64,000 nt of DNA from Blastocatellia bacterium (GCA_033857635.1 JAWVDF010000022.1:138150-202149); one strand, 5' to 3'; counted from the first letter of the stretch, positions 27,923 to 37,819 are shown. Notes: generated by a model from the letters alone, not told the origin. Made by a program: numbers and translations.

Positions 27923-28828
27923 TTATGGTTTGGCAGTCGCCGTGGGCGATGGCGAAGTGCTGACGGCGCTGGCCATCATGGCCTTCAGAATGGCAGCTAC
28001 CGCGCCGGTCAAGGCATCGATTTGTTGCCGCACCTTTTCCGGCGCTACCTGCTCGAACCCGGTCGGCAGTTCGAAAAGCGTTGGAGAGATGTCGGTTTTG
28101 ATGTCGCGCATCTCGGCCACGACCCGCGCGGCTTTCACTCCCTTAACATCTCCAGAGCTTTCCGCCAACATTTCGGCGCGCAGTGGCAGCCCGGTTTCTT
28201 TGTCGACATAGACAAATGCTTCTGCTTTCACTTCGCCGGCCTTAGTGTTGGTATTGGTCGTGGTGCTGTAGCGATATTTTTCCGCAGCGCGTCCGGCCAT
28301 GGGTCCTTCACCGGCGCGTTCGACGCCCTTAATCTTCTTCAAGTCTTCAACCAATTGACCGGGGGTGATCAATTTGTGAATCTGGATTCCCGTCGCTTCC
28401 TGCGTCAGTTCCGCATACTGTTTTCGGTTGGGAAGGATCACGTAATGCTTGTTGTTGTGATCCAAATAGACCAGCGGAGAGCCGTCGGGCAACTTAAACT
28501 CAACGCGGCGATCATCTCCATTCCGGGCCACTTGCACTGCCAGTGACGGAATCCCAATCGCCTTGTCGCCGCCTTCAGTCTCCATGCTGAAAGCTAACGT
28601 CGCGCTGTATTTCTCGGGCTCGCGCGCGTTGATGACCGGGCCGCTTTTATCGCTTTCGGAATTCGTGTTGCTATTAGCGTTGACGATTTGCGAATTCGAG
28701 TTGGCATTTGAATTAGCGTTCGCGTTTGCGTTCGAATTCGGCATCGGTTGGCAGGCGCTGATGGAAACCAGGAGCATCACTCCCAGCGCCAGCGAGCAAG
28801 TGTTTTGAAAGCCGCGGATTGTGAACAT
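27923..28828 (-). CDS. Lipoprotein with an Asn/Ser/Ala low-complexity linker, LolA-like fold suspected
   Basis: Lipobox VSISAC. NSNANANANSNANSNS linker. Confidence 0.6.
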   Translation of the reverse strand: MFTIRGFQNTCSLALGVMLLVSISACQPMPNSNANANANSNANSNSQIVNANSNTNSESDKSGPVINAREPEKYSATLAFSMETEGGDKAIGIPSLAVQVARNGDDRRVEFKLPDGSPLVYLDHNNKHYVILPNRKQYAELTQEATGIQIHKLITPGQLVEDLKKIKGVERAGEGPMAGRAAEKYRYSTTTNTNTKAGEVKAEAFVYVDKETGLPLRAEMLAESSGDVKGVKAARVVAEMRDIKTDISPTLFELPTGFEQVAPEKVRQQIDALTGAVAAILKAMMASAVSTSPSPTATAKP

Positions 28829-28974
28829 AGAAGTAGGCCTCTGTCATCCTGGCCCTCGTCGGGCCGTTAAGCATTCGATAATCTAAGGGGGGTTCGGAAA
28901 CCAGCATACCACGCGTGAGACTTGAGAGGAAAAGAGTGGAGTGATTGAACGCGCCGAACGGCGAGTTAAGAAGG

Positions 28975-29013
28975 TAGCCAGGGGCAAGCGCGAAACGCGC
29001 AGCCCCTGGATCC
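28975..29013. repeat. TAGCCAGGGGC...GCCCCTGGATCC hairpin (RAYT-flank type, reverse orientation)
   Basis: Reverse complement of the design seen at 6358..6384. Confidence 0.6.
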
Positions 29014-29116
29014 AGTCAACGGGGCGGTTGCGATCTCCGACCCAAATCATTTGACACCTTCCGCTGGTTAGCGTAAAAGGCCTTTGCCTTTCCGACTTCA
29101 ACCTAATGGTGACCTG

Positions 29117-29743
29117 ATGAAAAATGTTCTCCTGTTAGTTGCGCTCGTCCTGGTCGTTGCAGCCTGTAACCTGACCGACAAGTTTAAGAAGAGCGATACT
29201 TCGAATTCAAATTCTTCGTCGTCATCGGGAAACCCGTCGAAGATCGGAGACGATCCCGTAGAACAGCCCAACCCGACCGCAGCGCAGACGGCGGCCCTGG
29301 CCAATGGCCAGTCGGTGAAGTGGGATCAGCAGGGCATAACCTGGACGTTGCCCGCGAACTGGAAGAAACAGACTGTCACGAACGACTCGTTCAATTATGG
29401 TGCGGACGGCGCGTTCTTGATCGTCAGCATCTCGCCGATGGCGCCTGACTTCCCGACTGACATCAGCCTGAAGGCCTTTCATGAAGGGGCCAAGGTACGT
29501 TCGAAGAACGGTCAGGTAGATGAAGTGAAATGGCTCGAGCTGGACGGAGTGCGCGGTGTCGAGTTTCGCGAATCAAAGCCGCAGATGGCCGACGACATTC
29601 GCCGCCTGCAGTGGATGACCTATCGAAAGTATGCCGGTCAGACGCAGTTGGTAAATTTCATTCTGTCGGGAAGCGGCGACAATTTTGCCAAGCACCAGGA
29701 CGAGCTGTACGCGATCCTCTTCTCAACCAAACTTGTTCATTAA
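29117..29743 (+). CDS. Lipoprotein (hypothetical)
   Basis: MKNVLLLVALVLVVAAC lipobox followed by a Ser/Asn-rich linker. Confidence 0.6.
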   Translation: MKNVLLLVALVLVVAACNLTDKFKKSDTSNSNSSSSSGNPSKIGDDPVEQPNPTAAQTAALANGQSVKWDQQGITWTLPANWKKQTVTNDSFNYGADGAFLIVSISPMAPDFPTDISLKAFHEGAKVRSKNGQVDEVKWLELDGVRGVEFRESKPQMADDIRRLQWMTYRKYAGQTQLVNFILSGSGDNFAKHQDELYAILFSTKLVH

Positions 29744-29761
29744 GCCGGGAGCGCCGAAACG

Positions 29762-29893
29762 GAGCGCGGACATCCTGTCCGCCAGCGCGCGCAGCGCGCT
29801 CATACCCCTCGGTAAAAGCATGAGGAGCGAAGCACAATACTTCGCTCCTCATTTTTTCATCCTCAAATGCGGACAAGCTGTCCGCGCTCCCGG
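29762..29893. repeat. GCGGACATCCTGTCCGCCAGCGCGCGCAGCGCGC inverted doublet
   Basis: Read directly. Confidence 0.8.
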
Positions 29894-29896
29894 CGG

Positions 29897-30943
29897 CTAG
29901 TTCTTCCTAATGTAATTCCGATGCACCCAGGTATCTGGCTTCGCGCGGTCGCGAGTTTCGAAGAACACGTTGTCTTTTGATTCGCGAGTCACCATTTGCA
30001 CCCGCGATGAAACGTCTTTCTCCTTTTGATCAGCTCCTTTGGGCGAATCATCAAGAAAGCCCCTGACCGCGGCGGGCGCCGGGGCTTCAAATTTCTCGCC
30101 GCGTTTCAATTCTGCAACCGCCTCGATCGCGCTTGCTTGTAACAGCTTGGGCCAAAGCTTTTTGAACAGCGCACTGGAAGCATAAACATCTGCGCTGTTA
30201 ATCTTGCCGTTGATAGCAAACACATAACCAATGACGTCGGTCCGTCCATTAACGATACCGCCCAGTGCTTTGACATAGCTGTCGGCGCTCGCCTGCACCT
30301 GCTTATTTTCCAGAGCCAACTGGAAGCTGGTCGGTGAGGCGGCGCCGTTCACGCGCGTGCCGGTATTCGCGCTGAGTTTGTCCTGGGCCACGGCCACCTG
30401 CCGCCAAACTTCGCCCTGCGATTCGGCGGTCTTCGCCGCCAGCTTCAGCTCGCGTCCGGCGATGACGTTCGCGGAAGAATTGAAGACGGTTACTTCCTCT
30501 GTGCCGCGTTTACTCCAGCGGCCGTTCTCGACGCAGAAGGCCGAAATCGGAATCTTGCCCGAACGCGGCGGTAGAATCAGATCGACGGCCATCATGCGAT
30601 CCTGCTGGCCACCCTTCACGATGTCGCCTGACTGCACATAGACTTCTTCGCTTGAAATGTTTTCGATTGAAAGTTCGTTGACCGATCGCGTTTCGCGCAC
30701 GATCACTTTTCGCTGCACCAGGGCCTCCTGCAAAGTTATGAACGTCTGACCCTTGATCCTCTCTTTGCCGTGAATCAGAAACACTGTGAGGTTGCCCTGC
30801 GTAAACGGTCCCTCGAGGCCGTACTCATCCTTGCCTTGCGGGGTCTGCTCCGGATGAACACCCCAGGCGCCTGCGACCAGACTGAGCGGCGCGCCTATCA
30901 ACAACACCAGTCCTGCTACGAAACTAATCAAATTCGTCTTCAT
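29897..30943 (-). CDS. Secreted ARPP-1/DUF6569-like domain protein
   Basis: Signal peptide. GNLTVFLI...TLQEALVQRKVIVRE...ENISSEEVYVQSGDIVKGGQQDRM...FCVENGRW matches my recollection of the DUF6569 consensus. Confidence 0.5.
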   Translation of the reverse strand: MKTNLISFVAGLVLLIGAPLSLVAGAWGVHPEQTPQGKDEYGLEGPFTQGNLTVFLIHGKERIKGQTFITLQEALVQRKVIVRETRSVNELSIENISSEEVYVQSGDIVKGGQQDRMMAVDLILPPRSGKIPISAFCVENGRWSKRGTEEVTVFNSSANVIAGRELKLAAKTAESQGEVWRQVAVAQDKLSANTGTRVNGAASPTSFQLALENKQVQASADSYVKALGGIVNGRTDVIGYVFAINGKINSADVYASSALFKKLWPKLLQASAIEAVAELKRGEKFEAPAPAAVRGFLDDSPKGADQKEKDVSSRVQMVTRESKDNVFFETRDRAKPDTWVHRNYIRKN

Positions 30944-31234
30944 GATTTTTCTCCTTCACGTTAGTTCTTTGGAAACCGTGCCGTGCGCCAGCCCGGGGAG
31001 ATATCTCCACACAGTGTGAGCCGGAAACTTCGCCTCCGCGAGTAGAGCTGCGGATGCGCTTTGTGTGGTTAGAACGTGGGTCGGGATGGTTCTTGCACGG
31101 TCGGACTGGGAAAGGAGAATGGCCGTTGACAAAGGAAGGGAGTAAAGCCTGGGGTTCTCCGATTCTCGGTGAAATACTTTCTGGTCGGAAACCACTTTAA
31201 GGTGGGAGTGGCTTTGGTAGTCAGTTATTTTGTG

Positions 31235-31262
31235 TTGACATTGACGTCCTCGGGACTATAAT
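31235..31262 (+). promoter_or_regulatory. Consensus sigma-70-type promoter TTGACA-N16-TATAAT heading the island
   Basis: TTGACA at 31235..31240 and TATAAT at 31257..31262. About 220 nt upstream of the ATG at 31486. Confidence 0.5.
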
Positions 31263-31485
31263 CCGCGATCTCTCGTAAGGCCTGTTCACGAGTGGGCACT
31301 CAACCTGCTCCCGTCAGTCGGCAGCTTGAGTCCGCAACTAACTAACCATCGCGGAAACGATAGCCGGATAGATTCAAGTCAAATCTTCCAGACCATAGGC
31401 TCCCGAACTCCGGTGGGTCGTTCGCCCGCGGATCTGGTATGAGCGGTTTGTCGGCGACCTTTTCAGTGAATACAGGATCCATTTC

Positions 31486-33420
31486 ATGGACGTAATACTA
31501 GAGGCAATCAACTTTAGTCACGACTCGAACCCGGCGACAATGGGGACGACTGATGGGTTCAGTATTCGAATGAATGAAACCCAAACTATAACGATCCCGG
31601 AATGGCAACGGAATAGCGGAATCCTACGAGGCTCGCCCGCGGCTTATGCGCGAGACACGATCGGTAATAACAAGGTCACCATTAAGGCTAGGTTCTGTTG
31701 CACGAATAAGGCGCTCGGAAAAATATTCGTGCAGGCGGTCGATGGGCACTCGGATCATTCTTCGGGGAGCGGCGCCGCCACTAACGTATTGGGCAGAGTT
31801 GAGGTAACGGAAGTTCCTCTGGTAAACGGTCGATCGAATTGGGTGCAAATGATCCTCGATGATGTCAGATTCAGCGCCGGCGTCGGTGCCAGCGATATCA
31901 TTTGGTGCTGGCAGTTCTCAGTCGACGCCAAGCGTTGGACGGGCTTTGCCACCACAACGCATAGAATCTACATCGTTTTGTGCTTACCAACCGAGCCGTG
32001 GGAACCGAAATCTATTCAACTCACAAATGTTCAGATCCCATGGGCTGAGGTTCTGGAACATGCATGCTTTTGGGCAGCCGGAGCCCAGGACATAGACGCC
32101 GCCGCGGGTAAAATCACGAAAGAAGTAAACGCCCTGGGATTCAGTAAGGTAACGTACTTCCAGAAGCCTCTCTATATCCAGGAAGGCACGGAAAACTTTT
32201 GCTGTACTGAGTTTCTCGACCTTCTCGGCGGGGGACCCGGCAAGGGAAATACAATGAACTGCTCTGATTGCGCGACTGTGGTTTCGACTTTCGCAAACAT
32301 CCTCGGTGCTTCACTCGCACAGTCGAGCATGGGCTATGACTTTTACATAAACCATGTTCTGAAAATCGGACAACGACATGACGATGGGGGCAGCTTTCAG
32401 GTGCATGAAGTAGCCTGGAAAGGCGACTGCACCAAAGACGATTCTCTGTTCGATGCCTGTCTTCATCTTGACGGGGACCCGGATCCGGCGAACGATCCAT
32501 TTGTTCCGCTGCTTCCGATTAACATTCCTTTTCTGGATCAGACGGGGGGATACCACTGTCACATCAAGAGAAAAAACGTCGGTAACCCCTGCGAGCCGGA
32601 CCCCTGTTCAAAGCAGCACCGGATGATAGGTACCTCACAGTTAAGAATCCGGAAAACCAGTCCAAACCACCTTCGGGCGCTAATAGATCTTTATCACTAC
32701 CCCTCCTGGAAGAGGGTTCGCTTGTCGAAGGAGCATCTCTTTTTCTGGCGTTCGTTCATCTCGGGCAAAGAAGCACCAGGTTGGCAGCTACAGCGAGTTC
32801 AGTCCTTCGATACCATCGGTGATATGCCGCCGACCAACGAATCTTTGTGGATGTTGCGCGACAGAAAGGAAACTCTGCTACGCATAAACACTTTTGAGTG
32901 CCGTTCCTTTGTTGCGGCCCACTCGTTCCTGCTGTCGCTCCTGGGCGAGTGCGATATCGCTTACATGAAGCGTGAAGCCGCGACCGAACGGAAGGCGTTT
33001 GGCGATGTCGCGTTCATGGATTTAGAGAGTACTTCGATCCTTCTTGCCAGAGGTAATATGATCGTGTCTGCCAGAAGCGCCGGCCCTGTCGCGGCTAATC
33101 TCGGCGAGTTCCTTCATCAATTTGACGTCGGACTAAAGTCCCCGCCGGATGTCGACCAGGAGATCGAGTACATGGATCGCTTTCGCTTTCCAGCGGACAA
33201 GTTTCATGTTGGCCAGGATGTGCCGCTGGCATTTCTCGGGGAATTTGACAATCAGGTTCAATACAGGTTTTTCGCAGAATCTGGCGAAGTGTTGCTGAAA
33301 GGTCAGCAGCTTTTTTACCGTCCGCAAGTTGCCGGTCTGCAGGAAGTCAACGCGTTTGGGATCGAAGCGGAACGAAAACCAAGAAAGCAAAAGCTAAGGA
33401 TATTAATCGGACACAGATGA
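31486..33420 (+). CDS. Transglutaminase-fold (papain-like Cys-His-Asp) protein, cytoplasmic, function unknown
   Basis: 644 aa. NCSDCATVVSTFANILG (Cys259/Cys262), FQVHEVAW (His307) and SLFDACL (Asp323) are spaced as in transglutaminase-like cores. No signal peptide. Confidence 0.6.
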   Translation: MDVILEAINFSHDSNPATMGTTDGFSIRMNETQTITIPEWQRNSGILRGSPAAYARDTIGNNKVTIKARFCCTNKALGKIFVQAVDGHSDHSSGSGAATNVLGRVEVTEVPLVNGRSNWVQMILDDVRFSAGVGASDIIWCWQFSVDAKRWTGFATTTHRIYIVLCLPTEPWEPKSIQLTNVQIPWAEVLEHACFWAAGAQDIDAAAGKITKEVNALGFSKVTYFQKPLYIQEGTENFCCTEFLDLLGGGPGKGNTMNCSDCATVVSTFANILGASLAQSSMGYDFYINHVLKIGQRHDDGGSFQVHEVAWKGDCTKDDSLFDACLHLDGDPDPANDPFVPLLPINIPFLDQTGGYHCHIKRKNVGNPCEPDPCSKQHRMIGTSQLRIRKTSPNHLRALIDLYHYPSWKRVRLSKEHLFFWRSFISGKEAPGWQLQRVQSFDTIGDMPPTNESLWMLRDRKETLLRINTFECRSFVAAHSFLLSLLGECDIAYMKREAATERKAFGDVAFMDLESTSILLARGNMIVSARSAGPVAANLGEFLHQFDVGLKSPPDVDQEIEYMDRFRFPADKFHVGQDVPLAFLGEFDNQVQYRFFAESGEVLLKGQQLFYRPQVAGLQEVNAFGIEAERKPRKQKLRILIGHR

Positions 33421-33526
33421 GGAAGTCTTCGGCGAACATCGTTTCGGCGAAGATGGATCCAGACAAACGACTGGTTAAAGATCGCTTGCAAGTCCTAACC
33501 AAAATTCGATAGGAGGAATAACAATT

Positions 33527-33970
33527 ATGCCACCACAATCGCTACAAGGAAATTGGCGTTGTCTAATCTTCACGAGCTCCGCGGCCAACCCGAAGTTGCC
33601 ACCATCACCCGATGGCATCTTCAGACTGGTAACAATCGGCAGCAACGGCAACGTAACGGACGGATATCACGACCTTGATGTGCCGTTAGGCGCACCACCA
33701 GTGTCCATAAAGATGACCGGGCAGGTGACTCCCCTCGGCATTGGATACTCAATTGTACTGGAGCACTTTGACTACGGAAGCACGACAACGAAGCGCCGGT
33801 ACGAAGGACTACTGGTATTTGATAGCCCAATTGAAACCAGACTTGTAATTACGGGTTTCAAGACGACTATACACCTGCCCTTAAAACGAACGGCGAAGAG
33901 CACCAAGGTCAAAACCATGGCGCTCGCTTTGGTCCAGGACGACGGCACGGTAGTCATAACCAGGCCTTAA
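33527..33970 (+). CDS. Small beta-rich hypothetical protein
   Basis: 147 aa. AGGAGGA RBS 8 nt upstream. No family recognised. Confidence 0.5.
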   Translation: MPPQSLQGNWRCLIFTSSAANPKLPPSPDGIFRLVTIGSNGNVTDGYHDLDVPLGAPPVSIKMTGQVTPLGIGYSIVLEHFDYGSTTTKRRYEGLLVFDSPIETRLVITGFKTTIHLPLKRTAKSTKVKTMALALVQDDGTVVITRP

Positions 33971-34130
33971 TGCGGATCCTCGAAGATATCTTTCTTGATT
34001 TCGCGCGAACCTCGATCTAATGTCGTCATCGATCATCGAGAGAAGCCCGAAGCCTTGATGACCCTCAAGCTGTCCGGCAACACCCGTCGTGGATCTGCCG
34101 GTTGGCCCCGGTCAGAGTTATGCGCCGAGG

Positions 34131-37100
34131 ATGATAACGTCTCGCTTAAGCCAGCGGATTTCAACCCTGTTTGCCCGGCGGCAAGCCGAGGCGCTGGTGC
34201 GCCTGAATAGCCGAATCCTACGAGGCCTTTTCAGAATGCTGTCGACCCTTGGCTGCGCGCTTAGCGTTTTCTTCGTCCTCAGCTCATGGCCGATGACTTC
34301 GCAGTCAAGGTTGGCCGCAAAGACCTTCGATCAACTTCCCTTACCAACAGTTGCACGATCGGGCTCGTCCCATCTGGACAATGTAAGTTCCAGCATTCCT
34401 CAAGACGGGATCAATTTATTAACCCGAGATCCAATCAAGCGGGAGATAACAGGAGGCTCTCTTCGGTCTTTCAGGGTTAGTGTCAGAGCGGGCGAGTATG
34501 TCCGTTTGCTCATAGAACAACAGGGAATCATCCTCCAAGCGACTCTCTTTAATGCTAGCGGCAGTCGCATTGCCGAAATGGATAGTCCGAGCGACGGTCA
34601 TGGGCCGATATATCTGTCAGCCATCGCGGCTGAATACGAGAACTACCGGCTTGAGGTTCGTTCCACGGAGTCCTGGGCGAATCCCGCCCGGTTCGAAGTA
34701 ATGATCGAGGAACAGCGTGAGGCGACGCCGGGAGACAGAGACCGGATCGCCGCGGAAATGAGTTTCGCTGAAGGACGGCGACTGGAGAAAAAAGTAACTG
34801 AGGAATCGCGACGGGCCGCGCTAAGCCAATACCAAAAGTCCCTTGAGATTTGGAACCGGCTGGGCGATTTTCATTGGCGTGCGATCACACTCTACTCTAT
34901 TGGATCCATCCACCGACGGTTGGGTGAGCTTGAGAACGCAAGAAAACTATTAGGACAGAGCCTAGACCCGGACCTGAGCAGCAGACTGAAGACCGATGAT
35001 TGGCGGTTAGTCGCGTCCGCTTGGAACGATCTCGGCCTTACGGCGGCAGATTTGGGTGATGAAAAGAGCGCCTTCGAATCACTCGATAAGGCACTGAGGC
35101 TTTACCGGGATCACGGTGACAGGCGAGGAGAGGCCAGTGCCCTCAATAACATTGGTTACACCTACAAGGCGCTCGGCCGATTAAGCGAAGCAGTGGAATA
35201 CTTTGAAAAGGCCCTGCCCCTCAGGCGGGCCGAAAACGATCAGCTTCGTGAATATAATGTCGTCAACAATATTGGTGCCACGTACGACGCACTGGGAGAG
35301 CCGCAGAAGGCACTGGACTCGTTAGCCCAAACCCTACAGGTCTGGAGAGAACTTTATAAACAAGACAAACTAGGTGATCCGGATCGATTGGCCAGCGCGC
35401 TGAACAACACAGCCGCAGCTTACGACCGAGTAGGGGAATCGCAGAAGGCGCTGGACTCCTATAAAGAGGCGTTGGCAATATCCCGCAAGAGCGGGAACAT
35501 GCAACGGCAGGCTTCCACGCTGAATAACATGGGCAACTTTTATGACAACCTGGGCGATCCGGCTCTGGCCCTTGAATACTACAATCAGGCTTTGGCTCTA
35601 ATAAGAAACAACGTGAAGGACCCGAAAGCCGAGGCGAATATCTTAACTCAAATTGGCCAACTTCAGATCGCTGAAGGAAACCTGACTCGAGCTTTGGAGT
35701 ATTTCAAACGGGCGAGCGCCATTCCGCAAATCAGTCAGCGGGAAGCTGAAACTCTAAACAACCTGGGCATGGTGTATTCCCTGGAAGGAAACCCTGGTGC
35801 GGCGCTTGAGCTTCACAACGACGCGCTGGCAAAGGTTACACGCAGGCCAAACAATGACCTCAGGGGCGAGGCGGCGACTCTGAATAAGCGGTCGGAAGCA
35901 TACCGACTGCTGGGTAACCAGTCGCTGGCGCTGGCGGACCTGACGACCGCCGTTTCGTTGTGGAGAACCCTTAAGGATCAACGCGGCGAAGCGATAGCTT
36001 TGCAAGCCATCGCCGTGGTCGAGCGCGACCGGAGCAATCTAAGAGAGGCGCTGAAATTCATTGCGGAGGCAACGAACATTGTCGAATCGATGCGCACACG
36101 GATCTCCAGCCACCAACTGCGCGCCACTTACTTTGCAACCCAGGAAAACTACTACCAGCTAAACATCGATCTCAATATGAAGCTTTATCAGGACGAACGA
36201 TCTCCTGAGCGCCTGGCTGCCGCGCTCGAGGCCAGTGAGAGATCGCGCGCCCGCAGCCTGATGGATACACTTGTCGAAGCTCATGCCAATATTACCGAAG
36301 GGGCTGACCCCGCCTTGCTCCGTCAGGAGCGTGAAATTGAACAGAAGCTCCGGGCCAAGTCAGAAGCACAAATTCGGTTGCTGAATATCAAACACGATGA
36401 GCAGGAAGTTAAGTCAATCGCCAGGGATATCAGTAATCTCATCATCGAATCTGAACAGGTCCGGGACAAGATCAGAATAAGCAGCCCAAAATACGCGCAT
36501 CTAACCCAACCCCCGACGCTCACGCTAGCAGAAATCCAGCAATCCCTCGATCCCGACACGCTCATGCTGGAATATTCACTTGGTGACAAGCGGAGCTACG
36601 TCTGGGCCGTCACCCCCAGTTCGCTCAATGGGTTTGAATTGCCGGAGAGAGCGTTGATTGAAAAAACCGCGCAGCGGGTAACCACGGCCCTCGTGGAACG
36701 CGGCCGTAAAGTAAAAGGTGAGACTGAACAACAATGGCGGTATCGTCTCGGTCGGGCTGAGACTGAATACGTTGAAGCATCTGCCACGCTCGGCAAAATG
36801 GTCCTCGAGCCAGTGGCGGCGCTGCTCGGGAACAAGCGACTCGTCATCGTCGCTGACGGAGCTTTGCAGCTACTGTCGTTCGGGGCTTTGCCGGCGACGG
36901 ATGATCAGCGCCCGCTGATCGAAGACCACGAGATTGTCTACCAGGCTTCGGCTTCGGTGTTAGCCCTGCAACGAAGCGAGTTGAAGAACCGCAGACCTGC
37001 CCGCCATGCTGTGGTAGTGCTCGCCAATCCTGTGTTTGACAAAGAGGACGAACGGGTTAAGTCGGCGACCTCGGGAAGAGGCCGCAACCGAATACCAGCC

Positions 37101-37784
37101 GCACCGCTGAAGAAGGACACCGGCGCCGAGGGAGATTCAGCTGGAGCAACTAGTACCCGGAGAACCGATGTGAGCCGCGCTCTCGATGACATTGGACTCA
37201 ACCGATTTCCCTCGTTACCTTTATCACGCATGGAAGCAGATGCCATCGTCAAGCTCGTGCCAAAAGGAGAGGGCATGGCCGCGCTCGGCTTTAATGCCAG
37301 TCGTGCGACCGCGACCAGTCCGGAACTGTCGAACTATCGCATAGTTCATTTTGCCACCCACGGCGTCGTAGATTTCACCAACCCTGAGCTGTCTGGCATC
37401 GTGCTTTCAATGGTTGATGATAAGGGCCAGCTCCAGGATGGGTACCTCCGGCTCCACGACATCTACAACCTCAATCTACCGGCAGATCTAGTCGTGCTCA
37501 GCGCTTGCCAGACCGGCGTTGGTAAACAGATCAGGGGCGAAGGTCTGATCGCGTTGACGCGTGGTTTTATGTATGCGGGCGCCAAAAGCGTCGTAGCCAG
37601 CTTGTGGAAGGTCGATGATGCGGCGACGGCGGCATTGATGGCTGAGTTCTACAAACAGATGTTCACCAATGGACTCAAACCAGCGGCGGCGCTCCGTACC
37701 GCCCAGCTCAACCTATCGCAGCAGAAACGCTGGCGCTTACCTTATTACTGGGCCAGCTTTGTGCTTCAGGGCGAATGGAAGTAA
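34131..37784 (+). CDS. TPR-repeat CHAT-domain (caspase-fold) protein with an N-terminal signal anchor
   Basis: Hydrophobic segment LSTLGCALSVFFVLSSW. At least 10 TPR-like units (LNNIGYTYKALGRLSEAVEYFEKAL and similar). C-terminal CHAT domain with HFATHG (His codon 37359..37361) and LSACQTG (Cys codon 37506..37508). Start is ambiguous among 34089 GTG, 34131 ATG and 34236 ATG. Confidence 0.85.
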   Translation: MITSRLSQRISTLFARRQAEALVRLNSRILRGLFRMLSTLGCALSVFFVLSSWPMTSQSRLAAKTFDQLPLPTVARSGSSHLDNVSSSIPQDGINLLTRDPIKREITGGSLRSFRVSVRAGEYVRLLIEQQGIILQATLFNASGSRIAEMDSPSDGHGPIYLSAIAAEYENYRLEVRSTESWANPARFEVMIEEQREATPGDRDRIAAEMSFAEGRRLEKKVTEESRRAALSQYQKSLEIWNRLGDFHWRAITLYSIGSIHRRLGELENARKLLGQSLDPDLSSRLKTDDWRLVASAWNDLGLTAADLGDEKSAFESLDKALRLYRDHGDRRGEASALNNIGYTYKALGRLSEAVEYFEKALPLRRAENDQLREYNVVNNIGATYDALGEPQKALDSLAQTLQVWRELYKQDKLGDPDRLASALNNTAAAYDRVGESQKALDSYKEALAISRKSGNMQRQASTLNNMGNFYDNLGDPALALEYYNQALALIRNNVKDPKAEANILTQIGQLQIAEGNLTRALEYFKRASAIPQISQREAETLNNLGMVYSLEGNPGAALELHNDALAKVTRRPNNDLRGEAATLNKRSEAYRLLGNQSLALADLTTAVSLWRTLKDQRGEAIALQAIAVVERDRSNLREALKFIAEATNIVESMRTRISSHQLRATYFATQENYYQLNIDLNMKLYQDERSPERLAAALEASERSRARSLMDTLVEAHANITEGADPALLRQEREIEQKLRAKSEAQIRLLNIKHDEQEVKSIARDISNLIIESEQVRDKIRISSPKYAHLTQPPTLTLAEIQQSLDPDTLMLEYSLGDKRSYVWAVTPSSLNGFELPERALIEKTAQRVTTALVERGRKVKGETEQQWRYRLGRAETEYVEASATLGKMVLEPVAALLGNKRLVIVADGALQLLSFGALPATDDQRPLIEDHEIVYQASASVLALQRSELKNRRPARHAVVVLANPVFDKEDERVKSATSGRGRNRIPAAPLKKDTGAEGDSAGATSTRRTDVSRALDDIGLNRFPSLPLSRMEADAIVKLVPKGEGMAALGFNASRATATSPELSNYRIVHFATHGVVDFTNPELSGIVLSMVDDKGQLQDGYLRLHDIYNLNLPADLVVLSACQTGVGKQIRGEGLIALTRGFMYAGAKSVVASLWKVDDAATAALMAEFYKQMFTNGLKPAAALRTAQLNLSQQKRWRLPYYWASFVLQGEWK

Positions 37785-37788
37785 TTCT

Positions 37789-37819
37789 TCGACACTAAAC
37801 ATCTTATCTGGACTATAAT
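37789..37819 (+). promoter_or_regulatory. Possible promoter (TCGACA-N19-TATAAT) upstream of the island sigma gene
   Basis: TATAAT at 37814..37819 sits inside the same 14-nt string GGACTATAATCCGC found at the island head. The -35 element and spacing are suboptimal. Confidence 0.3.

Noticed and set aside
27728-28546. 272-aa + strand ORF.
   Set aside because: It is antisense to two well-formed lipoprotein and membrane genes (27175..27918 and 27923..28828), has a Gly/Arg-rich composition, and has no RBS.
30956-31195. 79-aa ORF in the divergent region left of the island.
   Set aside because: No RBS and no recognisable features. It lies in the probable promoter region of 29897..30943.
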